Assembly: GCA_048941015.1 (NCBI GenBank)
Contig: JBHLNZ010000029.1
Coordinates: 1-39,705 of the forward strand
Length of the DNA stretch: 39,705 bases
Source of the DNA: Promethearchaeota archaeon
Lineage (GTDB): Archaea > Asgardarchaeota > Lokiarchaeia > Sigyniarchaeales > SOKP01
Direction: 5' to 3'
A program made the translations under genes and the position numbers. Each line of letters starts with the position of its first letter. Positions within the stretch are counted from its first letter, which is position 1. The notes below the pieces were generated by a model. The model was not told the origin of the DNA. It saw only the letters and a program-made list of their open reading frames with translations, and ran no database searches. Below, piece by piece: positions 1-8,547 of the stretch.

Positions 1-699
1 TTTAATTGGAGGAAAAGCAGTTGAAATTAAGACGATATTAGAACCGAGAAGTATCACACCAATACCAACATAAAGTACAATTTCTCGGTTAATTGATCGA
101 AATCTTGTTCTTTGTTTTAACATCTTTTTGGACAAATTCAGCTTTAGCTTTGGATGAAATAATTTAAGTAGAGTATAAATTACTTTGATAGCAATGAGAA
201 TCATGCTAAAATGTACTCCAATCTGAACTGGAATCATGAAATACCTACCAACAAAGAAGTAACCTTGAACTAAGAATCCAATAAGAACAATTAAACCTAC
301 AACTAAAACTGTCAAAGTGAGAACTTTAAAAGAAAAGGAAATAATATCGGCTAAAGGGTAAGTTATACATCGATATTTTTCTGAATTAAATTTTCCCTTC
401 TTTTTTAAATACAAATAGATTACCCTAATTATAGGATAAATAATCAAAAATAGAAACATCCAGGTAAATTCGAATTCTATTATGAAGGCAATGGATGCAA
501 ACGGTTCAAGAATGTATCTGAATAAAGGAAATTGAATTGAATAATTTGAAGAGACGTCGATTTGGTTGAGAGCATCATAGAACGTTATTGTTTTATTTCC
601 AATAATAGATAAGATTATGAGAAAAACAATCCATACTAGGAAAACAATTGATAGAATGCTGAAAAATTTATTATTTTTAAATTGTGATCGTATATTCAT
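1..699 (-). CDS. Multi-pass membrane protein, partial (runs off the window start; not in ORF track)
   Basis: ATG at 699; frame read by hand stays open for 233 codons to base 1: MNIRSQFKNNKFFSILSIVFLVWIVFLIILSIIG...VLYVGIGVILLGSNIVLISTAFPPIK, with several hydrophobic segments. Confidence 0.8.
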   Translation of the reverse strand, partial: MNIRSQFKNNKFFSILSIVFLVWIVFLIILSIIGNKTITFYDALNQIDVSSNYSIQFPLFRYILEPFASIAFIIEFEFTWMFLFLIIYPIIRVIYLYLKKKGKFNSEKYRCITYPLADIISFSFKVLTLTVLVVGLIVLIGFLVQGYFFVGRYFMIPVQIGVHFSMILIAIKVIYTLLKLFHPKLKLNLSKKMLKQRTRFRSINREIVLYVGIGVILLGSNIVLISTAFPPIK

Positions 700-756
700 A
701 ATAATTAATTCTACTAAACTACTTAATAAAGATTAAAACAAAATTGACGGGAAAAA

Positions 757-1962
757 TTAGACAATGGACTTTCCTTCCAATAAATAATTGTCTAATGTTC
801 TAAGTGAGTCTGCAAATTTTTGATATATTTTAATATCTACGACAGGTAATATTTCACAAATTTTTTTTCTTAAATCTTTTTCGTTCAATTTAAATGAACT
901 TGAGGGTTTCTTTCCTTTCAATATTAAATATAACAAGGGCATTTCAGGATTAGATGGATCTTTTTGACGATTTAAATAAGCTAATGAATGGAATAGTTTG
1001 TTAGTTATAAATTTTTCAAAGTCTATCCTCGTGCTAATTTGATGTTTGAGATGAATCGTTTTCCATATATATTTTCTATTATTTAGACGAATAATTTTTA
1101 CTTTTTTTAAGAAAACCTTATCTTTTTTTACTATTTCTACTAAAAAGATACCTCTGTTATATGAATTATCAATTGAACAGACTGCTTCTGAAGAACCGGG
1201 GTTAAAAATCCAATTATCAAGAATAAATTGTTTATGAAAATGTCCTAAAGCTAAATAACCTACTCGATGTTTTAAATGTTGAATTTCCTCCAATTTTACT
1301 CCTGGAACGTTTTCCATTTGGCCCTCTATACCGAAATGTTGTAAAAGAATATTGAATTTTTCATCATCTTTTTTTATTCCTTTTCTTATTTTAGATAACT
1401 CTTTAATTGGTCTTTCCCCAATATAACGAGTTCCATAAATTACTAAATCTTTAACTTTAATTTTTCCACCTCTATGGTTATTAAAATCATAATTTTTAAA
1501 AACTCCTTCGCAGGGAGCTTCTAGGTTACCATCAAGAAGAATAATTAAACCTAAGCTTGAAAGTACTTTTAACCATGATTGTCCTCGCTTATCAAACCTA
1601 ACTCCTCTAGAAAATTTTCGAATATCATGGTTTCCTTCTATAGCAATAATTAAAATTGAATTATTTGTGTATTCCTTAAAATCTGTTATGATTTTAATAA
1701 TTTTTATTAACTTTCCAGGAAGGATTTCTAATGAAGTAAACACATCACCACCTAATAGTATAAAATTGACTTGATTTGAGATTGCATGATATAAAGTTTC
1801 TTCAAAAGCTTGAATAAAATCATTAGCTCGGAAATCATTACGATATTGATTGCTACCAAGATGAATATCACTTGCATGGATGAATCGTACGAAATTATTT
1901 TCTTGGTTCATCTTGTATGATAAATTGTCGAATTTGACTTGAAACAGATTACTAACTGGCAT
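757..1962 (-). CDS. Mre11/SbcD-like metallophosphoesterase nuclease
   Basis: Calcineurin-like motifs HASDIHLG, GGDVF, GNHD, LLQH, ALGHFH, NPGS; real start may be ATG at 1911 (MNQENN). Confidence 0.85.
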   Translation of the reverse strand: MPVSNLFQVKFDNLSYKMNQENNFVRFIHASDIHLGSNQYRNDFRANDFIQAFEETLYHAISNQVNFILLGGDVFTSLEILPGKLIKIIKIITDFKEYTNNSILIIAIEGNHDIRKFSRGVRFDKRGQSWLKVLSSLGLIILLDGNLEAPCEGVFKNYDFNNHRGGKIKVKDLVIYGTRYIGERPIKELSKIRKGIKKDDEKFNILLQHFGIEGQMENVPGVKLEEIQHLKHRVGYLALGHFHKQFILDNWIFNPGSSEAVCSIDNSYNRGIFLVEIVKKDKVFLKKVKIIRLNNRKYIWKTIHLKHQISTRIDFEKFITNKLFHSLAYLNRQKDPSNPEMPLLYLILKGKKPSSSFKLNEKDLRKKICEILPVVDIKIYQKFADSLRTLDNYLLEGKSIV

Positions 1963-2228
1963 CTTATTTTAATTATCTGAATTAAATATAAATAGAATAT
2001 TAAACTCAGATTTTAAGTATTAGAAGCCCATTAAATAAGTGAAGTTTAATAATATCAATTACTTTTGATGTCAGCCGAAAAATATATTTATGATATGAAG
2101 TAATCCTAATCCTCATAGAAATACTACTCTAAACAATATTCTAACTTATTATGAATAGAATAATAAAAAAAAAGATAAAATTAGAAATTATGAATGGATA
2201 TTAACCGAATTCTATAATTAGCGTTTAA

Positions 2229-2310
2229 CTTATAGATAAGAAGTTAAATTCAAAATTCTCTTAATACTTCAATTTTCTTCTTACCAATTTGACTTCTTTT
2301 GGAAAATTCT
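2229..2310. repeat. Copy 1 of an 82-bp degenerate direct repeat (3' end of the HEAT gene plus downstream flank)
   Basis: Gapless manual alignment to 4362-4443, 67/82 identical. Confidence 0.8.
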
Positions 2311-3079
2311 TAATAAGTCTATTTTTATTTAAATTCTCTTTAATTATGTCTTGAAGCTGCTTATTTTCAATACTAGTATATCTTTCAAAAAATGCAAACC
2401 CATCTTTCGGACTTGATTGTATAACTACACTTAGAGTATAATTTAATCCTTTTTTTAAAATCTTGAAATTCTTAGATGTTATATCCCTTGAGTTAATGAT
2501 ATTTAAAAATATTTTATGATGGATTTCCAAAGCTTTGGAAGATACTTGTTTATTAGTAAGAACTGAAGGATGAGCTATACCAGCGGCTACAGCTCTCATT
2601 ACCAACCAATTATCTTGAAGAATCCAATTTTCCAACTTTTTTAAAACTTTAGAATGATGCTTTTTTAATAATTTTTGTAATCCAAATGCTACGGCCTCTC
2701 TTACCCGCCATCTTTGATCATTAGCGAATTCTTTTAGAATTGACAAGGATTCTTGATAAAAAGACTGATTATTTGCCCCAATAGCTCCAATCGCCCAAAT
2801 TCCACAGAATGGCAAAAATTCTTTTGGATTATTTGTAGGAGCTTTATTTGAGTTTAATTGAATTAGTGCTTGACATAAAGTCCATATATTTTCTAGTTCA
2901 ATACCATTATAATTATCAGTTAAATCAGCAAATGCATTAGCTAATTCTATATTTGCTCTTCGACTAGGAAGATCACTATTCAGCTCTAAATATTTTAATA
3001 TCTCCCTGTTCTCATTAGTCTTAAAATATACTTTTAAATATTCATTTAGTTCCTTTTGATAATTCTCTTTTTTAGTCAT
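2261..3079 (-). CDS. HEAT/ARM-repeat protein (DNA alkylation repair/AlkD-like fold possible)
   Basis: Helical repeats with HEAT-like segments 'ANDQRWRVREAVAFGLQ' and 'DNWLVMRAVAAG'. Confidence 0.6.
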   Translation of the reverse strand: MTKKENYQKELNEYLKVYFKTNENREILKYLELNSDLPSRRANIELANAFADLTDNYNGIELENIWTLCQALIQLNSNKAPTNNPKEFLPFCGIWAIGAIGANNQSFYQESLSILKEFANDQRWRVREAVAFGLQKLLKKHHSKVLKKLENWILQDNWLVMRAVAAGIAHPSVLTNKQVSSKALEIHHKIFLNIINSRDITSKNFKILKKGLNYTLSVVIQSSPKDGFAFFERYTSIENKQLQDIIKENLNKNRLIKNFPKEVKLVRRKLKY

Positions 3080-3313
3080 TAGTAAACAAGATTAAATTTA
3101 AAAAAATTATAATACAAAAATTGAAAAAAAATAAAAATAAGAACTTTTTTTCTTCTTTCTTAAGGCTCGATTTAAATATTTGATTTCGATTCCTTTAATC
3201 AAGACAACATTAAAACCTTAATAAATTAAAGATTCTAATTTATGAATTAGAATTGATGCTCTGAGATACCGAATTTAATTGATCTTAATTTTAAAGAATC
3301 TTCAACTAAATGA

Positions 3314-3511
3314 CTAAGAATTAACTGCCATGACTTCTTGAAGTTTTACTCTTTCATATACCTTCTCGATTTCATTAAGCTCTACAGTAATTAAGGTGTG
3401 TCCTCTATGTGTTTTTTCAAAAAATCTAATTTGCTCTACATTATACGGATTCATTGCATGAATAATGGCATACTTTTTACATTTAATACAAGCTCGAGCT
3501 CTAATATCCAC
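3314..3511 (-). CDS. Small putative Zn-binding protein (CxxC...HxxH)
   Basis: 65 aa; CIKC and HRGH; GTG start preceded by a GAGGT Shine-Dalgarno-like sequence. Confidence 0.7.
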   Translation of the reverse strand: MDIRARACIKCKKYAIIHAMNPYNVEQIRFFEKTHRGHTLITVELNEIEKVYERVKLQEVMAVNS

Positions 3512-3778
3512 TACCTCAACCTTTTATTAACCCACTAACAAATAAATATGTTATAAATCTATATTGAGAATGCTTTATATTTAATATTTATTCATTTTTG
3601 TTAAATCATACTAATTATTCGCTTAGATGACGTTTTGATTAAATCTTATAGCAAAATATGAATACTATAATAAGTAATATTTTATCAAACGATAGGACTA
3701 ACAATCCTATTCATCTTTAACTAAAAATTACGAATGCAATCCTTTCAATAAAAAAAAGAAAAATTTAGACTTTATCTA

Positions 3779-4279
3779 TTAATAGCGAGTTACAGCTAGA
3801 CTACTACTTCTCATAAAGTTACCTACTGTTTCCGAAAATACTACTATACTAATATTATGAGTTCCTTCCGATAATGTTAAAGAATATTGCAATGCAACTG
3901 GAATATATTGATAAGTAGCATTTCCTTGATACGGCCCTGCCCGAGTAAAAGGATCAAATAAACGTTCACCGTCCATCCAAAAGTAGAATAGCATATCAGC
4001 ATAACCTGACGGATTCGTTGCCGGAAGGATCTTTGTGCTCGTAGTAAATATCATGTCGATTGTCGCAGGAGCATTCAATTCAACAATTACATATAAATCA
4101 GGGACAGTATAATAATCTAGACCCGGGGGTGTATATATAGCTTCTTTGTAATCATACCAAAAATCAGTTTTCCCTTGATCTATCCATGTAATTAGCCCAA
4201 AACCTAAACCACCAGCACCTAATACTAATGCAATTAATCCTAAAATTACTCCACCTTTTCCCATTAAATCACACACCAT
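3779..4279 (-). CDS. N-terminally membrane-anchored hypothetical protein with a beta-rich ectodomain
   Basis: Hydrophobic GGVILGLIALVLGAGGLGFGLITW segment followed by an aromatic/beta-rich domain; alternative ATG at 4264. Confidence 0.7.
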   Translation of the reverse strand: MVCDLMGKGGVILGLIALVLGAGGLGFGLITWIDQGKTDFWYDYKEAIYTPPGLDYYTVPDLYVIVELNAPATIDMIFTTSTKILPATNPSGYADMLFYFWMDGERLFDPFTRAGPYQGNATYQYIPVALQYSLTLSEGTHNISIVVFSETVGNFMRSSSLAVTRY

Positions 4280-4361
4280 TTTAATGATTTATATATTTTG
4301 ATTTAGATTTAATAATTAAATTATGATTGTGCATTGAAAAGATATTATAATAAAAGTATGC

Positions 4362-4443
4362 CTTATAAGTAAGAAGTTAATTTGAGAATTCTTTTATATT
4401 TAAAACTTTCTTCTTACCAATTCAACTTCTTTTGGAAAATTCT
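4362..4443 (-). pseudogene. Decayed remnant of the 3' end of a HEAT-gene paralogue (copy 2 of the repeat)
   Basis: Minus strand reads ...NFPKEVELVRRKF* versus ...NFPKEVKLVRRKLKY* in 2261..3079; patchy similarity continues to ~4495. Confidence 0.7.
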
Positions 4444-4612
4444 CTAAATGGTAATCTTTTAGTAAATCCCTTGTTTGATTACACTCTTCAAGATGAAAAG
4501 TTATATGGATTATTACATAATCTTTACAATTTAGATTAAGCAAAGTAACTAAATCGAATTATATAGCTTTAAAAATATCTAAATCTAAAATAAAAATAAA
4601 AAATAGTAGTGT

Positions 4613-6022
4613 TTATTTCTTCTTTCTGCCTTTAGGTTCAATTTTTTTTATAATTATTGCTTCAGCATGAATTTTACAGTTCTTCAGAATCACTTTAAAT
4701 CCACCAGCACCACCTACTCCAGGGATGGTCATTCCAACAGTTCCCATTGGAACCATAGCACCCTCAGCTTCATACTCTTCTTCCTCTTCCTCTTCGGCTT
4801 CTAATTCGGCCCACGTCTCTACAACAGGATGACCAACTTCTTTTAGAAAGTCCCTTAGAGCATTAATGTCTTGAACCTCTTCTTCAGTAGCGATCTTTGG
4901 TAATAAGTCTTGTGGAAGGAATTCACCAACCCGTTCTTTAACAGCTTTAGGCATCCACACAATAGTTTCGATTCCACCATCATATTGTTGATATTTTGGG
5001 GATACGATGTATTGTATACTCACACCATTAAATCCAGGCATCTGTTTTCCCCCTCCAGTTTGGTTTGCCATGGCTGAGAAAGGTAAACCGTTTATAGCAA
5101 CCCCATCAAAATTTCTATCTACTATACCATGTCCATTTACTTCAGGGATATAAAAATCTATTGCTTCAAAACATCCGCAACTAGTGTGAGGGAACTCCAT
5201 TCCGCTATAAAGAAAAATTCTATTAATCTCACCAAGTGAACGCTTTTTAATCATCTCGTTTATTCCAGTAAATTCTCCTGCTTCTTTATTTAAACAGTCA
5301 CCAGGGGGTACTTCATAAATTGGTCCCTTAGGATCTACTTTTGCCGCAGCTCTAGCATCAAACCAATTTATTGAACCACATAGTGATGTTCTATCAGGAG
5401 TTATACAGCATGCATGAGTAGGAGCGAAAGACTGACATAATACACATCCATAAAACATATCTACATCTTCATCATGGATTGTTCTAGCTCTCTCATCTCT
5501 CTTTTCATATATCTGCATTGCCATTTCATATGGTTCTAAAATTGCTTTCTCATCTGTATAGAATGTAACTTGAGCTTGTTCAATTATGGGTAATTCTGCT
5601 TTATAAAGTCTGATTAAGATTGTTCCAAGCATATTAAAGGTATTTAAACCTTTTTCGAAGGCTGATTTAGAAATTCGCATCCAATTCGTATAACGTTGGT
5701 TTAAATGCATTATACCATTAACAAAATTGCAGAATTCATGCACTCTTCTTTCAAATACTGCTTCTAAATCTTCTTCTAATTGAGGCCCAGCAACTTCTAC
5801 AAGGATACCTATTGGGTATCTTTCTCCTTCTTTCATGTCTTTAATATCAGGTCCATGAAGTATAACCTGCCCATCTTTTACTTCTTTAGCTGGTTTGACC
5901 CTAACTAGCTCAAAATGCTTTTCAATTTTTGGTCCTCCTAACTCTACATACATTTGATTTGCTCTAATACGTTCGCCTTCGTAGACAGGGCCTACATCTA
6001 CAGGCATATCGGAAAAACTCAT
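4613..6022 (-). CDS. cdhC: Acetyl-CoA decarbonylase/synthase complex beta subunit (acetyl-CoA synthase)
   Basis: YEGERIR N-terminus, A-cluster motifs GCVLCQSFAPTH and TSCGCFE, GGGKQMPGF, acidic linker, archaeal C-terminal 'KVILKNCKIHAE' segment. Confidence 0.95.
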   Translation of the reverse strand: MSFSDMPVDVGPVYEGERIRANQMYVELGGPKIEKHFELVRVKPAKEVKDGQVILHGPDIKDMKEGERYPIGILVEVAGPQLEEDLEAVFERRVHEFCNFVNGIMHLNQRYTNWMRISKSAFEKGLNTFNMLGTILIRLYKAELPIIEQAQVTFYTDEKAILEPYEMAMQIYEKRDERARTIHDEDVDMFYGCVLCQSFAPTHACCITPDRTSLCGSINWFDARAAAKVDPKGPIYEVPPGDCLNKEAGEFTGINEMIKKRSLGEINRIFLYSGMEFPHTSCGCFEAIDFYIPEVNGHGIVDRNFDGVAINGLPFSAMANQTGGGKQMPGFNGVSIQYIVSPKYQQYDGGIETIVWMPKAVKERVGEFLPQDLLPKIATEEEVQDINALRDFLKEVGHPVVETWAELEAEEEEEEEYEAEGAMVPMGTVGMTIPGVGGAGGFKVILKNCKIHAEAIIIKKIEPKGRKKK

Positions 6023-6066
6023 ATTATTAACCTCCTATAACTTTCCTCTTTATTGTTTTTTAATAT

Positions 6067-6597
6067 TTATAAATTCTCAATTAATTGTTCTAAAAAATTT
6101 TTCCAATCATCATTACTCAAATTTGGAAGACTAAATCTCGCATTAGGATGCGAATATTTATCTAAGTCAATGGTTCTTAAGTGATTTTGAAAATTCTTTA
6201 GTCGACTTAGCGTTTGGCTGACATAATAGACTAAATGGCCTCCAAAAATAGCCATTCCGTATTGACCTTTTCCATCTAAGCCTTTCCAATTTGCATCAAC
6301 TAGTCTACCAGTAGTATTAATTAAGGACATATCCCATAATTTATTTTCTGGAAAATGTTCTTTTAAATACTTATAAGTATGTCCTGTAGCTATAACATGA
6401 CAATCTAATTTTTTAGCAATTTCAATGTAATAATCAGCGACTTTCTTTCCATTAAGCTCCCAGTTAATTGATTCTGCGCCAATGACAAATACCTTTTTCT
6501 TATCTGCTTTCAGAATGTTTGCCATAACTTTTGGATCAAAAACGGCGGTACCCATTTCTGGTCCGGGGATATTAGCTTTTTGGTATGGTCTTGCCAT
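6067..6597 (-). CDS. cdhB: ACDS complex epsilon subunit
   Basis: PYQKANIPGP start, WKGLDGKGQYG, YYVSQTLSRLKNF, HPNARFSLPNL; directly upstream of cdhC. Confidence 0.9.
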   Translation of the reverse strand: MARPYQKANIPGPEMGTAVFDPKVMANILKADKKKVFVIGAESINWELNGKKVADYYIEIAKKLDCHVIATGHTYKYLKEHFPENKLWDMSLINTTGRLVDANWKGLDGKGQYGMAIFGGHLVYYVSQTLSRLKNFQNHLRTIDLDKYSHPNARFSLPNLSNDDWKNFLEQLIENL

Positions 6598-6746
6598 TAA
6601 AATCTTCTCAGTTTAAGTTTTTACACAATGTATTTTATAATAATTGATATATTTTATCTTATTAAGCGTGTTTTAAAAAATTTAGTTTTATTAAATTTAA
6701 ATAAATTTGAAGGCAATTTACTAAACAAAATGGTGAGAATTGAGCG

Positions 6747-7049
6747 ATGTGTGAGTTTAAAATAATAAAGCAAAACGATGGTTCTCAGATATTGGAAGAC
6801 ATAGTGGTTTTATCCTATACAGAGAATAATGAATTATTATTCAAGGATATACTAGGAATAGGAGAGATCTTAGATTCTGCCCTAATTTATGACGTAAACA
6901 CTTTAAATCAAACATGTATTATCGTAGAGCATCCATTAATAAAAAACTTTGTCAATTTAATCAAAAATGTCAATAATAATACATTATCCAAGAACGAGAT
7001 TGAAATATTTCAAGAAAGATTGGAAGAATTAAAGGCCAGTATAAAATGA
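6747..7049 (+). CDS. cooT: CooT-family nickel-binding protein with a C-terminal extension
   Basis: N-terminal MCE motif, 'ILEDIV', 'KDILG'; divergent from cdhB/cdhC. Confidence 0.7.
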   Translation: MCEFKIIKQNDGSQILEDIVVLSYTENNELLFKDILGIGEILDSALIYDVNTLNQTCIIVEHPLIKNFVNLIKNVNNNTLSKNEIEIFQERLEELKASIK

Positions 7050-7906
7050 AAGTAGAATTTCATGATGATGCTAAAAAATTTTATGATTTAGTTAATTCAT
7101 TTTTAGTCGAACATGAAGCAGAAAATAATATTATCTTAGCTATTCTAACTACGATAATCGAATTTCCTGAAAGGTATGGAAAAGAAAAGCCTGATTTAGT
7201 CACTGTAATTGATGATGAAAAAATAAAGTTAATCTTAATTAGAACACCTCCATTTAATCCTATATTATCATATACAGATGATATAAATACTTTAGATTTC
7301 TTAGTAGAAGATTTCATCAAAAAAGGAATACAAATTCCTGGATTATTTGGATGTAAAGAAATAGCGAAAAAATTTGTGAAATTATGGTGTGCAGCAAAAG
7401 ATTTAACCTATAAACTTGTGATGAATGAAAGGATTTATAAATTGGAAAGAGTTTCTGAAGAAGCTATAGGAAATTGTGAATGTATCATAGTTGGTATGGC
7501 TTTTAAAGATTTAATTCTCAAATGGGCTCGTGAATTTATTATTGAAGCATTACCTCATGAAAAAGAAGATTCTATTATACAAAGTTTAGAACGTATTAAA
7601 AAAGATATAGAAGAAGGCAGGATATTTTTATTATTTGAAAATGGAAAGCCGGTTTCTATGGCAAGAAAAGCTGGAAAGACTCCAAATGGTAATCTTGTGA
7701 ATCTTGTTTATACTCCTCCCAATCTAAGAAGAAATGGCTATGCTACAGAATTAGTAGCCCATCTCAGTAAGTATCTTTTAGATGAAGGTAATAGATATTG
7801 CTTTTTATTTACTGATTTAATGAATCCAACTTCAAATAGTATTTATCAAAAAGTAGGCTATCGACCTGTAACTGATTATGATCAATATGAATTTATAAAA
7901 AAATAG
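7046..7906 (+). CDS. GNAT-family N-acetyltransferase (two-domain)
   Basis: VYTPPNLRRNGYA motif A; LFTDLMNPTSNSIYQKVGY; ATGA overlap with cooT. Confidence 0.85.
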   Translation: MKVEFHDDAKKFYDLVNSFLVEHEAENNIILAILTTIIEFPERYGKEKPDLVTVIDDEKIKLILIRTPPFNPILSYTDDINTLDFLVEDFIKKGIQIPGLFGCKEIAKKFVKLWCAAKDLTYKLVMNERIYKLERVSEEAIGNCECIIVGMAFKDLILKWAREFIIEALPHEKEDSIIQSLERIKKDIEEGRIFLLFENGKPVSMARKAGKTPNGNLVNLVYTPPNLRRNGYATELVAHLSKYLLDEGNRYCFLFTDLMNPTSNSIYQKVGYRPVTDYDQYEFIKK

Positions 7907-7925
7907 TATTGAACTCAAAATAGTT

Positions 7926-7967
7926 AAAAATAAAAAAAAAGAAGCGAGAAAGTCTCCAGATTTTCTC
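7926..7967 (-). terminator. Hairpin plus U-tract downstream of alba
   Basis: Imperfect inverted repeat at 7946-7967, followed on the minus strand by GCUUC and U9-A-U5. Confidence 0.45.
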
Positions 7968-7983
7968 CTGTTAATTATCTATT

Positions 7984-8268
7984 TTATTTTTTTTTTGGAG
8001 GTAGAATTTCAATCTCTATAGATGAAACATTGGTGTCTGTTCCATCTTTATTGGTAACTGTTTCGGTATCAATGCTAATTTCACCATAACTACTTCCCTT
8101 TACAAATTTATTTATAAGTATTTCTGCAACATCAACAGCTCGTGAGATAGATCTTCCTCGAGCGAGAATTTTCACTGGTTTCTCATTCAGAACAACCATC
8201 GCAGCCATTACATAACTCATTGATTTCTTTCTACCAATAAATACTTTTGAATCGTCCTTTTTCGCCAA
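7984..8268 (-). CDS. albA: DNA/RNA-binding chromatin protein Alba
   Basis: VFIGRKKSMSYVMA, ILARGRSISRAVDVAEI, NVSSIEIEI; TTG start with AGGTGA SD. Confidence 0.93.
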   Translation of the reverse strand: MAKKDDSKVFIGRKKSMSYVMAAMVVLNEKPVKILARGRSISRAVDVAEILINKFVKGSSYGEISIDTETVTNKDGTDTNVSSIEIEILPPKKK

Positions 8269-8314
8269 AAAAATTTCACCTGTTATTTACTTTTTCTTTT
8301 ATTTGAATTCTGCT

Positions 8315-8377
8315 TTATTTTTTCTTTATATTTCTTTTCTTCTTCTTACTTCGAAGTTTTGTTTTAAATTTAGCCAA
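8315..8377 (-). CDS. Putative 20-aa Lys/Arg-rich micro-protein MAKFKTKLRSKKKKRNIKKK
   Basis: Hand-translated: TTG start, TAA stop; lies between a TATA-like box and alba; may be a chance ORF. Confidence 0.35.
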   Translation of the reverse strand: MAKFKTKLRSKKKKRNIKKK

Positions 8378-8391
8378 TAATCAATTATTTG

Positions 8392-8424
8392 CTAAGTTTA
8401 ATTAACTTAGACAATGATTTAAAG
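8392..8424 (-). promoter_or_regulatory. Candidate alba promoter: TATA-like CTTTAAAT (8424-8417) and inverted repeat CTAAGTT-N5-AACTTAG (8392-8410)
   Basis: Perfect 7-bp inverted repeat seen directly; promoter role inferred from position. Confidence 0.35.
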
Positions 8425-8547
8425 GTTATGTTATTTTTATTAATTTGTCTAAATTGTACAATATCAAAATAAGAGGGTGAAAAGCATATTTATTATTCAA
8501 TTAATCATGAAAAATATGCACAAATTAATTATGTTCTTACTTAATCA

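Noticed and set aside
3232-3253. 9-bp inverted repeat ATTCTAATT-N4-AATTAGAAT
   Set aside because: Almost all A/T, single occurrence, plausible by chance.
4770-4810. TCTTCT/TCCTCT low-complexity repeat
   Set aside because: It encodes the Glu-rich linker of CdhC.
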